Positions 54,386 to 64,000 of a DNA stretch of 64,000 nucleotides are shown here, piece by piece (positions within the stretch are counted from its first letter, which is position 1; every line of letters begins with the position of its first letter). Below the pieces are notes generated by a model that searched no databases, had not been told where the DNA came from, and saw nothing but the letters and a program-made list of their open reading frames with translations. Source of the DNA: an uncultured Gemmatimonadaceae bacterium (GTDB lineage Bacteria > Gemmatimonadota > Gemmatimonadetes > Gemmatimonadales > Gemmatimonadaceae); contig CAWFQK010000004.1 in NCBI GenBank assembly GCA_963817955.1, positions 1,440,001-1,504,000 on the forward strand, in the 5' to 3' direction. Both the position numbers and the translations under genes were made by a program.

Positions 54386-56218
54386 TCATATTGTGGACCG
54401 CGTCGCCGTCGGAATCGAAAACAAGAATGTCGCGCCCTGTCCGGGAATGCTCTCCAGCCAGATCGTGCCCCCATGCGCTTCGACCATCCCCTTGGCGATG
54501 GACAATCCAAGACCGGTACCACGGATGCGCGCCGCATCAGATGATTGCCAATATCGCTCGAACACCCGCATCTGATGTTCCGGCGCGACGCCAGGGCCAG
54601 TGTCGCGTACGCTGAACACCACCTGTCCGTCACGCGGCTCCGCGCCGATCGTGATCTGGCCGCCGCTGGGCGTGAACTTCAACGCGTTTCGCACGAGGTT
54701 CCCTAATACCTGCACGATCCGCGCGCTGTCGGCCATCACGAGCGGTAAGTTCGTCGGCAATCGCTGCGCAAGACTAACGCCGTGTTGCATCGCTTCCACT
54801 TCGAACATGTGCCACGTCTGCAGCACGAGTTGCGCCGGTTCACTCGGCCACGCTTCCACCGACAGACGCCCTTGCTCCAAGCTCGCTTCGTCGAGAAGAT
54901 CCTGAATCAAGCGGTTCGTCCACGCCGCTGACTCGCGAATCGTCGTCAACAATTCGTGGCGAGCCTGCTCGGAGGTCGGTGGGTTCTCGTCGAGTGCACG
55001 TGCGCACATGGAGATGGCAGTGATCGGATTGCGCAGGTCGTGCGACACGACACCAAGCACCTCTTCGCGTGCGCGGTTCGCGCGCTGCGCCACCGCATAG
55101 AGGCGCGCGTTCTCCAGCATCGTCGCGGCCGAGCCGGCGAACTTCTCGGCAAGGACGCGCGTTTCCGCCGACAGCGAACGCCGCGCGTTCACGGCGATCA
55201 ACGTCAACGCTCCAAGCATCTGGTCGCCGGCAACGAGCGGAACGATCAGGAGAGCGCGCGCGCCGAGCGCCGTCCACGCGGCAATCGCGCCAGCCTCTTC
55301 ATTGCCCTCGAGCCATGACGCGTCCACGGCCACGACCTGCTCGGCGCGACGGCGACGGATGACGTCAATGACGGGCGAGGGAGAATCCCACGAGAGCGGC
55401 GCAATGGCCAACTGCTGCATGGCCGCCGAGAGCGACTCACGATGCCGCCGCCCAACCATCCGTCGCAGGCCTCCGTTGCTCGTCACTACATCGACGAATG
55501 CCGCGTCGGCAAGGCGAGGCACGGCGAGATCGACCACCGCTTGCAGGGTGGCGTCGAAGTCAAGCGACTGTGCGAGGGCCGCCGATGTTTCGGCCATGAA
55601 CCGCTCGTCCTCCTCCGTGCGCTTGCGCTCCGTGACGTCACGGAGGACGACGGTGAACAGCATGCCCTGTTCGGTGACGAGTTTGGAGATCGACGCCTCG
55701 GCGGGGAACTCCGTCCCGTCGGCTCGCAAACCGAATATCTCGCGCCGTTCAGCCATGCGGCGTGCGCTCTCGGCCGCACGCGCGAAATGCTCCATGTGCA
55801 ATTCGTGCGCGGCGCGATACCGCGGCGGGAGCAGCAGCGCGAGATGGCGACCCACGACGTCCCCGGCCGCGTGGCCAAAAATCTGCTCGGCGCCATGGTT
55901 GAAGTGCACGACAGTCTGGTCGTGATCCACCGTAATGATGGCGTCGGCCGCGATGGCGAGAATGCCTGAGAACTTCGCCTCGGACGCGCGGAGCGCGCTG
56001 TCAGCACGCTCCTGTTCCGCCATCAAACGCTCGAACGAGTGCTGCCGCGCAAGCAGCAACACCAGCGTGGCCCCGACAATCAGGAGCGCGGCGAGCCGCA
56101 GCCAAGGCCGCGGGCCGCCTGACGAGAGCTCCCATAAGGTGATGCTGATCGGAACGAGTAGCGTTACGACCGAAAGCCACAGCGCGGAGCGAATTCTTTG
56201 GGAGTAGGCGACGGGCAT
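54386..56218 (-). CDS. Sensor histidine kinase, 2TM-PAS(FixL-like)-GAF-HisKA-HATPase
   Basis: PAS FNHGAEQIFG...LLPPRYRAAH...GLRADGTEFP, GAF, H-box SHDLRNP, NALKFT, DTGPG, GTGLGL. Confidence 0.93.
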   Translation of the reverse strand: MPVAYSQRIRSALWLSVVTLLVPISITLWELSSGGPRPWLRLAALLIVGATLVLLLARQHSFERLMAEQERADSALRASEAKFSGILAIAADAIITVDHDQTVVHFNHGAEQIFGHAAGDVVGRHLALLLPPRYRAAHELHMEHFARAAESARRMAERREIFGLRADGTEFPAEASISKLVTEQGMLFTVVLRDVTERKRTEEDERFMAETSAALAQSLDFDATLQAVVDLAVPRLADAAFVDVVTSNGGLRRMVGRRHRESLSAAMQQLAIAPLSWDSPSPVIDVIRRRRAEQVVAVDASWLEGNEEAGAIAAWTALGARALLIVPLVAGDQMLGALTLIAVNARRSLSAETRVLAEKFAGSAATMLENARLYAVAQRANRAREEVLGVVSHDLRNPITAISMCARALDENPPTSEQARHELLTTIRESAAWTNRLIQDLLDEASLEQGRLSVEAWPSEPAQLVLQTWHMFEVEAMQHGVSLAQRLPTNLPLVMADSARIVQVLGNLVRNALKFTPSGGQITIGAEPRDGQVVFSVRDTGPGVAPEHQMRVFERYWQSSDAARIRGTGLGLSIAKGMVEAHGGTIWLESIPGQGATFLFSIPTATRSTI

Positions 56219-56256
56219 AGGTCCGCGGTCAGGCCCGCGCCGGTCTCCCGAGTCGG

Positions 56257-56919
56257 TCAGACTTCGGCGAGGAGACCGAGCTTCAAGGCGAATTGAACAT
56301 AGTCCGAGCGGTGGGCCAATCCAAGCTTTTCCTGGATTCGCTGCTTGTAAGTATCAACCGTTTTTGGACTTATGAACAGCCGCTCGCCTATCTCCGGGGC
56401 CGAATAGCCCTGCGCCACCAAACGAAGTACGTCGCGCTCGCGCTGCGTCAGCTTATCGAAGCGCTCGCGCTCGCTCTGCGCGGGATCCTTCTTCGTGAGG
56501 TTCTTCGCGAGCACGCGCGCTGCCGCGGGACGGACGTAAACGTCGCCGTGGGCTACGGCACGCACGGCATCGACCAATTCGCGGTCTGCTGCGCTCTTCA
56601 CGAGGTAGCCGGCAGCACCGGCTTCCATCAGCGGTACCAGATAATCCTCTTCGGCATGCATCGTCAGAATGAGGACTCTGGCCGAAAGGCCTTTCTGAAC
56701 GATCTCCTTGGTCGCAGCGGTGCCGTCAACATCCGGCATCGAAAGATCCATAACAACGACATCCGGGTTGAATCGCTCCGCGAGCGCCACGGCTTCACGA
56801 CCGGTCTTCGCTTCTCCGATCACTTCAATGTCCTTCGCGACGCCAAGGACGGCTTTCAGTCCGGCGCGCACCACGGCGTGGTCATCGGCCAGCACGACTT
56901 GAATACGATCTCCTAACAT
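56257..56919 (-). CDS. NarL/NreC-family response regulator
   Basis: LADDH, VVMDLSMP, GYLVK, HTH LTQRE...ISPKTVDTYK. Confidence 0.96.
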   Translation of the reverse strand: MLGDRIQVVLADDHAVVRAGLKAVLGVAKDIEVIGEAKTGREAVALAERFNPDVVVMDLSMPDVDGTAATKEIVQKGLSARVLILTMHAEEDYLVPLMEAGAAGYLVKSAADRELVDAVRAVAHGDVYVRPAAARVLAKNLTKKDPAQSERERFDKLTQRERDVLRLVAQGYSAPEIGERLFISPKTVDTYKQRIQEKLGLAHRSDYVQFALKLGLLAEV

Positions 56920-56929
56920 GACAATCCCC

Positions 56930-58009
56930 CTATCGGTTGCGGTCCGGTGCCGGCGTCAATGGAATCGAGGCGACTACCGCGGTGCCGCCGCCTTCCGCCG
57001 TTCTGACTTCCAGCCAACCGTCGATGAGCGCAACGCGCTCGCGCATCGACAGGAGCCCCATGCCATGACGATCCCGTTCGACGCTCTCAAGGTCGAACCC
57101 GCGGCCATCATCGAGCACTTCGAGCCGCGCCAAGGTGGGGTCGACGGAAACGGTGACGTGGATATGCTGTGGCGCGGCATGTCGCACGGCGTTCCGTACT
57201 GCTTCCTGCGCTACACGGTAGAGCACCGCAGCGACCGCCTGCGGGAGTTCACCCGCCGCCGCTGCAGCGTTGACGTCCACGTCGATGCCAGTACCGTGCG
57301 ATGCGTCGCGCGACAGCTTGCGCAATGCGGCCACAAGGCCGAGATCGTCGAGAACACGAGGATGCACGGTTTGCGCCAGAGTCCGTACCTCCTCGGTAAG
57401 TTCTTCCGCCGCATCCCGCGCATCGGCTAGGCGCTTGGCGAGCACCGGGTCGGTCGAGTCTCGCGCGGCAGAAGAAATCTGCAACAACAGCGCTGCCAGA
57501 CGCTGCGCTGTCGAATCGTGCAGTTCGCGCGCTAACGCAGCGCGCTCACGGTCGCCAACCTCGATCACTTCCGTAGCCAGATTCCGCATGCGCGCGCGGT
57601 CCGAGGCCAGCCCATCGAGCAGAATATTGAACATCGCGCCGATCCGCAACACTTCGCGGTCAGCCACGTTCGATTGATCGACACGAGCGCCGAAGTCGCC
57701 GTGCCACACGCGCGATGCCGCATCCTCGAGATCGCGAATGGGCCTGAGGGCCACCAGCACGAGCAAGGAATGCAGCACAACCGAGCATGCCGCAGCCACG
57801 ATGCAAATGGTGGTGGTGTGCACCGACGACACAGCAAAAGCCACGAGCGTTGCCACGACGATCAAATTCGCGCCGACGAGCTTGGCAAGCAGCGGCACGC
57901 GTAGCGCAGCGAGACGCATGGCGCGCCTGGACGCGTTGGAGCGCGTCTCTCCGCGAAGCAGCGGTACGATCTGAGGCACGATCTCTGGCTTCAGAATCAC
58001 GAACGACAT
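56930..58009 (-). CDS. HisKA_3 (NarX/NreB-type) histidine kinase with TM hairpin and HAMP
   Basis: Two TMs, HAMP, ERAALARELHD, YRVAQEAVRN, DDGRGF, GMGL. Confidence 0.94.
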   Translation of the reverse strand: MSFVILKPEIVPQIVPLLRGETRSNASRRAMRLAALRVPLLAKLVGANLIVVATLVAFAVSSVHTTTICIVAAACSVVLHSLLVLVALRPIRDLEDAASRVWHGDFGARVDQSNVADREVLRIGAMFNILLDGLASDRARMRNLATEVIEVGDRERAALARELHDSTAQRLAALLLQISSAARDSTDPVLAKRLADARDAAEELTEEVRTLAQTVHPRVLDDLGLVAALRKLSRDASHGTGIDVDVNAAAAAGELPQAVAAVLYRVAQEAVRNAVRHAAPQHIHVTVSVDPTLARLEVLDDGRGFDLESVERDRHGMGLLSMRERVALIDGWLEVRTAEGGGTAVVASIPLTPAPDRNR

Positions 58010-58146
58010 GGCCCTGCCCGCGTGGAACGACGATCGACCTTGTCTCAGACCCGTGCCATCGCACGATCCGGCAAATGGCGCCGGTTTGCTAAGGGATCAT
58101 ATGATTGCACAACCCTTTGCTCTGTCGGGCGCTGGTGGAAAAGCCG

Positions 58147-58183
58147 ACGGGGAACCCCTGAGTATTTCTCAGGAATTCCCCGA
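58147..58183. promoter_or_regulatory. Tandem regulator boxes upstream of the two-component operon (possible autoregulation)
   Basis: ACGGG-GAACC-CCTGA (58147) and TCAGG-AATTC-CCCGA (58169), 22 bp apart, together a 13/15 inverted repeat. Confidence 0.68.
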
Positions 58184-58215
58184 CAAACCTTCCCTTCCTA
58201 CTGCTTACGGCCTGC

Positions 58216-58848
58216 TTACGGCTTGACGATCGCCGTTGCAACCGACCGACCACCAATCATCAATTCGAAGTTCACCTTGACTTCGTCACCAGTCTTCAAA
58301 CGTCCGAAGATCGCCGTGGGTGGCTGGATTCCAAAGTCGGTCATCTTGACTGGAATGCTGCCAATCGCCTTCACGCTGCCATCGGGCATCCGTGTGGCGA
58401 TCACGTCCATCGTCACCTCGTTCACCTTCCCAGCAATCGCGAGCTTGCCGATCGTGTGCAGCGTGAACGCATCCTTCGATTCGCCCGGCGCTGCCTCGAA
58501 TGTACCGAGGATGTAGCTGATTTCCGGCGAGCCATCGACTTTCAGCGCCTTGTAGACGTTGCCATCCATCCCGCCGTGGTCGCACTTCAGGCTCTTCACC
58601 GGAATCTTCACTTCCACTCGCTTCAACGTCTTGGGCGCGGTCGCGCCGAACTGGGCAATGGCGGCCTTGTCAACATCGACACTGGCGTCGAGAGTCGTGG
58701 CTTTGCAGCTCCAGGAGTGAAGGTTCGATGTACCGTCGATCCAGAGCTTGCTGTCAGCGGCAACTGCAATACGGGCAATATCTTGAGCGCGTGCCGTAGT
58801 CGCGACAAGGGCGAGAAGCGCGACAGTGGCTAATTGAGTTCTGGTCAT
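58216..58848 (-). CDS. YceI-family periplasmic lipid/polyisoprenoid-binding protein
   Basis: Signal peptide ARA-Q, IDGTSNLHSW, GKLAIAG, MTDFGIQPP...GDEVKVNF. GGAGG then ATG 58848. Confidence 0.9.
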   Translation of the reverse strand: MTRTQLATVALLALVATTARAQDIARIAVAADSKLWIDGTSNLHSWSCKATTLDASVDVDKAAIAQFGATAPKTLKRVEVKIPVKSLKCDHGGMDGNVYKALKVDGSPEISYILGTFEAAPGESKDAFTLHTIGKLAIAGKVNEVTMDVIATRMPDGSVKAIGSIPVKMTDFGIQPPTAIFGRLKTGDEVKVNFELMIGGRSVATAIVKP

Positions 58849-58970
58849 CCTTCCTCCGTCGAGAACGCGATGGCTGTCTGTGCCGGTCGGCACGCAGGTG
58901 GTCCATCGAACTGGAGGCAAGCTAGGTCTTGGCGAGAAGTGCTTCTGTCAGGAGGATGAATGAATGGCGG

Positions 58971-59031
58971 TAGGGACAATTCGGCTCCCTAGTAGCACAA
59001 TCACCGCCAATCGAAGTCAGGGATTCCCCGT
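58971..59031. promoter_or_regulatory. Putative regulator boxes upstream of the yceI-like gene
   Basis: TCAGG-GATTC-CCCGT (59017) and a TAGGG half-site (58971). Confidence 0.55.
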
Positions 59032-59071
59032 GTCGCGCCTCGCCTCGATCTCGACAACTATCGGCTCATGA

Positions 59072-60262
59072 TCACCGCCCCGCCGTGACCACGGCCACTC
59101 CCATCGCGATCGCGAGCATCGCCCCAACGAAGCCTGAGACGCCTAGCCAGTGCGCGCGCTCCCAGAACATCCCCCCCACTGGCCCCGCGACGCTCGCGCC
59201 GATGTAGTAGAAAAACAGGTATAACGCCGATGCCTGCGCCTTTGCCTGCTCGGCGCGGAGACCCACCCAACTGCTCGCCACTGAGTGACCGGCAAAAAAT
59301 CCAAACGTGACCACCGCGATGCCCACGACGACGAGCGGCAACGGTCGCATGAGTGTCAGGGCAATCCCGCCGAACATTAGGGCGACCATCAGCGATAACA
59401 TGCGTCCCCTTCCCGCGCGATCGGCAAGCGATCCGATCCACGCCGACGCGAAGATACCAACGAGATACACGACAAAGATCAGTCCAACCGCCGCTTGGCT
59501 GAGTGAGTACGGCGGTTCGAGGAGATGATATGTGGCGTAGTTGTATGTCGTGACAAACGCGCCCATGAGCAGAAAGCCGATCGCATAGAGGGCCACCAGA
59601 TTCGGGTGCCGGAGTTGCTCGGCGTACGTACGCGCCAATGCGCGCACGCGGAGCGGGCGCGACACGAAGTGCCGCGATGGGGGCAGCGTGCGCCAGAAAA
59701 TGGTCGCGGCGACGAGACCGAGCACACCGATCGCCGCGACGGCGACGCGCCACGAGAACAGGTCAGTCAGCAGCGCCGTCAGCAGTCGCCCGATCATGCC
59801 GCCCAAGCCGTTGCCGCCAATGGCCAAACCCATCGCCAGGCCGATGGAGCCCGGATGGACTTCCTCCGCGAGGTAGGCCATCGAGATGGCCGGCAGGCCG
59901 GCAAACGTGATTCCCGCCAGCGCGCGAATGACCAGGAAGAGGTGCCAATGCCCGACAAACGCCGACAGAACCGTCAGGACTGCCGATGCGAACAGCGACG
60001 CCACCATCATCGACTTGCGGCCGCGCACCTCGGAGATCGCTCCCGCCACGATCATCGCCGGCGCGAGCAGCCCGGTCGTCAATGACAGCGACAGGCTGCT
60101 CTGTGCGGCGTTCACGTGAAAGTCGCGCGCGAACACCGGCATGAGCGGCTGCACGCAATAGAGCAGCGAGAAGGTCGCGAAGCCGGCCGAGAAGAGCGCG
60201 AGGTTGGTGCGACGGAACTCCGGCGTTCCGTGATGGATGTAGGTGTCGTCGCGCTGGGGCAC
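59072..60262 (-). CDS. MFS transporter, YnfM-like
   Basis: GFATFSLLYCVQPLMP, SEVRGRK, AYLAEE, QASALYLFFYY, about 12 TMs. Start uncertain (60262-60310). Confidence 0.9.
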   Translation of the reverse strand: MPQRDDTYIHHGTPEFRRTNLALFSAGFATFSLLYCVQPLMPVFARDFHVNAAQSSLSLSLTTGLLAPAMIVAGAISEVRGRKSMMVASLFASAVLTVLSAFVGHWHLFLVIRALAGITFAGLPAISMAYLAEEVHPGSIGLAMGLAIGGNGLGGMIGRLLTALLTDLFSWRVAVAAIGVLGLVAATIFWRTLPPSRHFVSRPLRVRALARTYAEQLRHPNLVALYAIGFLLMGAFVTTYNYATYHLLEPPYSLSQAAVGLIFVVYLVGIFASAWIGSLADRAGRGRMLSLMVALMFGGIALTLMRPLPLVVVGIAVVTFGFFAGHSVASSWVGLRAEQAKAQASALYLFFYYIGASVAGPVGGMFWERAHWLGVSGFVGAMLAIAMGVAVVTAGR

Positions 60263-60319
60263 GCTAGGCAAAATAACGTGCACCGGAACGCGACGGACCC
60301 TTACTCCCAACCCTCCCCG

Positions 60320-62821
60320 TCAGCGTCCAATTCCAGCCCGTATGACGCCGAGTTGCTCCGGAGTGCCACTGAACAAACCCTCCGGGTATCGCGTGTACTG
60401 CAGCATCTGCGCGTAGATCCCGGCCTGGTCGTACACATTCAATCCCAGCCCGGCGAGGTATTGCAGCCGCAGATTGCGGTCGTGATTGATCTGCGCGTCC
60501 GCCAGCCATGGCCGGAGCATTGGCTCGTTGCCGGCGAACGTAGCAAAGAGCTGCGTGGCCGAGTTGAAACCAATCTCCCGCAACGACTGGGCGACGGTCG
60601 CATATTCCGGACGCGTCAGCCGTTGTTCGATATCGTCGACGTCGATCTTCATCGGGCCGAGCTGGCCGACCACCACGAGGTCGTACCCGCCACCATTGTT
60701 CGTATTGCCAAAGATGACGCCATTCGGGAACGCCTGAAAGAACGTCGCGACTTCGCTCTTCACCGCTTCCGTGTTGCTCTCGTAGAGCTGCACGAACAGC
60801 GTGACGACGCCGCCCGGGTTCAGGTGATCCTTCACGACGTCGAAGAACTCCTTGGTGTACAGGGTTGCCGCGCCCTTCACCCAGGGGTCGAGCGGATCGG
60901 AGGTCACCGCGTCGAATTTCTGTTTCGTGGTCAGAATGAAGTGGCGCGCATCGTCGATCTCCACGGTCACTTTCGGATTCGTCACGACGTTGTAGTTGTG
61001 CGCGCCAAAATATTTCGAAACAACCTTTGGAACGAGCGGCTCGATCTCGGCGATCGTCTCGTGCTCCACGGCAGGGCTGATACTCACGGCACCGGCCGTC
61101 ACGCCCGCGCCACACCCGATCACCAGCACCGACCGCGCGTGTACAGGCAAGAGCGTCGTCAGATGGCCGAGCATGCGCTGCAGCCGCATGTCTTGCGGCT
61201 CACTCGACGCTTGGACCTTGCCCGCATTGTGATAGTTGAGCACACCATTGCTGAGCTGCGAGACCGCAACCGACGAGTTCATGCCCTCGCCCACGTAAAT
61301 GAAGTCGTGTTCGTTTGTCAGCCGGCTCGCGAACCAGCGGCCGTAGCCGACGAGCAGCGGCGGAACGGGCGGCACCGACCGCATGCACAAGACAGCGACC
61401 ACGACGGCCACCACCCCATACACGGCACCTCTGAGACGCCCGCGCACGAGTACGCCCGCCGCCGGCGTGTTCGCCGCGACAATGGGGAGAAACGCGATGA
61501 TCGCGCTGATCGCAGCCGTCGCGATCAGAATGCGCTGCGCCTGTTGTGTGCCTAACCACGCAATGATCAACAGGCTGCCGCACAACGCCCCCACGATGCC
61601 GCCAATGGTGTTCGCGGCGTACACCGTCCCCACGAGCCGTCCCGGGTCCTTCTCCCCGCGACCGACCGCGGACAGGGCCAGGGGAAAGCTCGCACCCCAC
61701 AGCAGCGCCGCCGGCAGCACCACCCAGAGGCATCGCACGAGATCCATCTGAAAGGTGAAGGTCGGACTGATCGACAAACTGGGATTCACCGGCCAGTACG
61801 GGAGGAAGCGAGTCATGGAGTACGCGGCCCAAGCAATGGCGGCCGTCAACAGGAGTTGACAGATGCCGAGCGCCGTCTTGGGGTCTTTCAATGATCTCGA
61901 AAGCAGGGAACCGGCGCTGCTGCCAATGCCGAGCCCGACGAGGAACGCGGCGAGAATGAGCGAGAATGTGTACGTCGTCGCTCCGAGCAAGAGTGACAAC
62001 AGACGCGTCCACACCGCTTCGGCGGCAAGCGCCGTCGCGCCCGACAAGGCGATCGTGACGTAGACCGGCCACGTGCCGCGCGGAATCAACTGCCGCGGCT
62101 CGTCCGACCGATCGTCGTCCACCACGGTGTGCGCCGTCACACCGGCCAGCGCCAGACTCGCCAGCGCGACGGCGACGTCGATCGCCACGGCGACATACGT
62201 CGCGACCGACATGTCGTGAACGCGCAGCAGATAGAATCCGGCGAACAAGCAGCCGAACACCGCGCCGGCGATGTTGCTGCCGTAGAAGAAGCCAAGCCAG
62301 GAGACGCCCTCCTGCGTCGTCTCCACCCAGCGCGCAATGGCCGGCAGCGTGGCGCCCATCAGCAGGGTTGGCGGCAGGAGACAGAGCGCGCAGAAGAGTC
62401 CACGCACGAACAATCCACTCATGCCATGCACGGCGATCGCGAAGTACAACCCGCCCGCGTATGGCATGCCCCACAACACGAGCAGGCCAAAGGCGGCGAT
62501 CGCCGCTTCGAGCGCCGCGTAGACGCGCAGCGGATGCCGTTGGCGCGACACGTACTTGGCCAGCAATGCGCTGCCGAGACACATGCCGCCCATGAACGTC
62601 CCGAGCAGCACACCGAGCGAGATCGCCGAGGAGCCAATGATGAGACTCAACAACTGGAACCACACGATCTCGTAAATCAGCGCCGCACATCCGCTGCCGA
62701 TGAACAACAGCACGAGCGCGGGTAGATAGCGATGCGCAATGGGAGACGACACCGTTGCGACGGGCGCTCCGGACGTGGTGTACGCTTGGGTACGGCGAGG
62801 ATTCTTGGTCGTAGACGACAC
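60320..62821 (-). CDS. Fused membrane domain/spermidine synthase-like protein
   Basis: SGCAALIYEIVW, LMGATLP, YAANTIG repeats, then Rossmann fold VLVIGCGAGVT, EIEP, DDARHF, HLNPGG. Confidence 0.9.
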   Translation of the reverse strand: MSSTTKNPRRTQAYTTSGAPVATVSSPIAHRYLPALVLLFIGSGCAALIYEIVWFQLLSLIIGSSAISLGVLLGTFMGGMCLGSALLAKYVSRQRHPLRVYAALEAAIAAFGLLVLWGMPYAGGLYFAIAVHGMSGLFVRGLFCALCLLPPTLLMGATLPAIARWVETTQEGVSWLGFFYGSNIAGAVFGCLFAGFYLLRVHDMSVATYVAVAIDVAVALASLALAGVTAHTVVDDDRSDEPRQLIPRGTWPVYVTIALSGATALAAEAVWTRLLSLLLGATTYTFSLILAAFLVGLGIGSSAGSLLSRSLKDPKTALGICQLLLTAAIAWAAYSMTRFLPYWPVNPSLSISPTFTFQMDLVRCLWVVLPAALLWGASFPLALSAVGRGEKDPGRLVGTVYAANTIGGIVGALCGSLLIIAWLGTQQAQRILIATAAISAIIAFLPIVAANTPAAGVLVRGRLRGAVYGVVAVVVAVLCMRSVPPVPPLLVGYGRWFASRLTNEHDFIYVGEGMNSSVAVSQLSNGVLNYHNAGKVQASSEPQDMRLQRMLGHLTTLLPVHARSVLVIGCGAGVTAGAVSISPAVEHETIAEIEPLVPKVVSKYFGAHNYNVVTNPKVTVEIDDARHFILTTKQKFDAVTSDPLDPWVKGAATLYTKEFFDVVKDHLNPGGVVTLFVQLYESNTEAVKSEVATFFQAFPNGVIFGNTNNGGGYDLVVVGQLGPMKIDVDDIEQRLTRPEYATVAQSLREIGFNSATQLFATFAGNEPMLRPWLADAQINHDRNLRLQYLAGLGLNVYDQAGIYAQMLQYTRYPEGLFSGTPEQLGVIRAGIGR

Positions 62822-62882
62822 GGCTCGGATGGGACGAAGGAGGATGATGCCGGCTGCGGGAGGGAGGCAGACGGTATGTTAA

Positions 62883-64000
<1,118 letters not shown>

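Noticed and set aside
58147..58183. Inverted repeat as the yceI terminator
   Set aside because: No convincing U-tract, and each arm matches the recurring operator. A dual role cannot be excluded.
58201..58222. 11-bp tandem duplication CTGCTTACGGC at the yceI stop
   Set aside because: Too short, with no adjacent mobile element. Probably slippage.

Overview
GC-rich bacterial window (Gemmatimonadota-like gene style; this is an inference) that reads as one low-oxygen/anaerobic energy and dormancy island. It holds: (1) DosR-regulon-like stress genes (3 USPs, 2 CBS proteins, Hsp20, BON, an aeRF1-like/Balon-type factor, a PNPOx-like flavoprotein, acetate kinase); (2) a nine-gene V/A-type ATP synthase operon; (3) a complete system I ccmABCDEFGH; (4) a 16-kb cytochrome cluster of six multiheme proteins (81 CxxCH plus 2 CX4CH motifs, counted by eye), with a split CbcL-like quinol oxidoreductase, a 22-heme NapC/NrfH-headed protein and its 14-heme lipoprotein paralog, a porin plus 18-heme cytochrome pair and a B12/radical SAM enzyme; (5) a group 1 [NiFe] uptake hydrogenase with hyp genes; (6) a two-kinase/NarL regulator module with a FixL-like heme-PAS sensor. 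The most striking signal is a degenerate Rieske/cytochrome b complex. Its Rieske subunit lacks all four [2Fe-2S] ligands and the Tat motif but keeps both disulfide cysteines. Its cytochrome b keeps all four heme histidines but has lost the Qo-site PEWY motif. A recurring palindrome (TCRGG-N5-CCYKA-like, often in 22-bp-spaced tandems) lies upstream of most operons. Smaller oddities: a HypA without its zinc domain, an internally deleted nickel-transporter remnant, a HlyD remnant and two heptamer arrays. All family assignments come from motif recognition, not database searches. No rRNA, tRNA, CRISPR array or transposase was seen.
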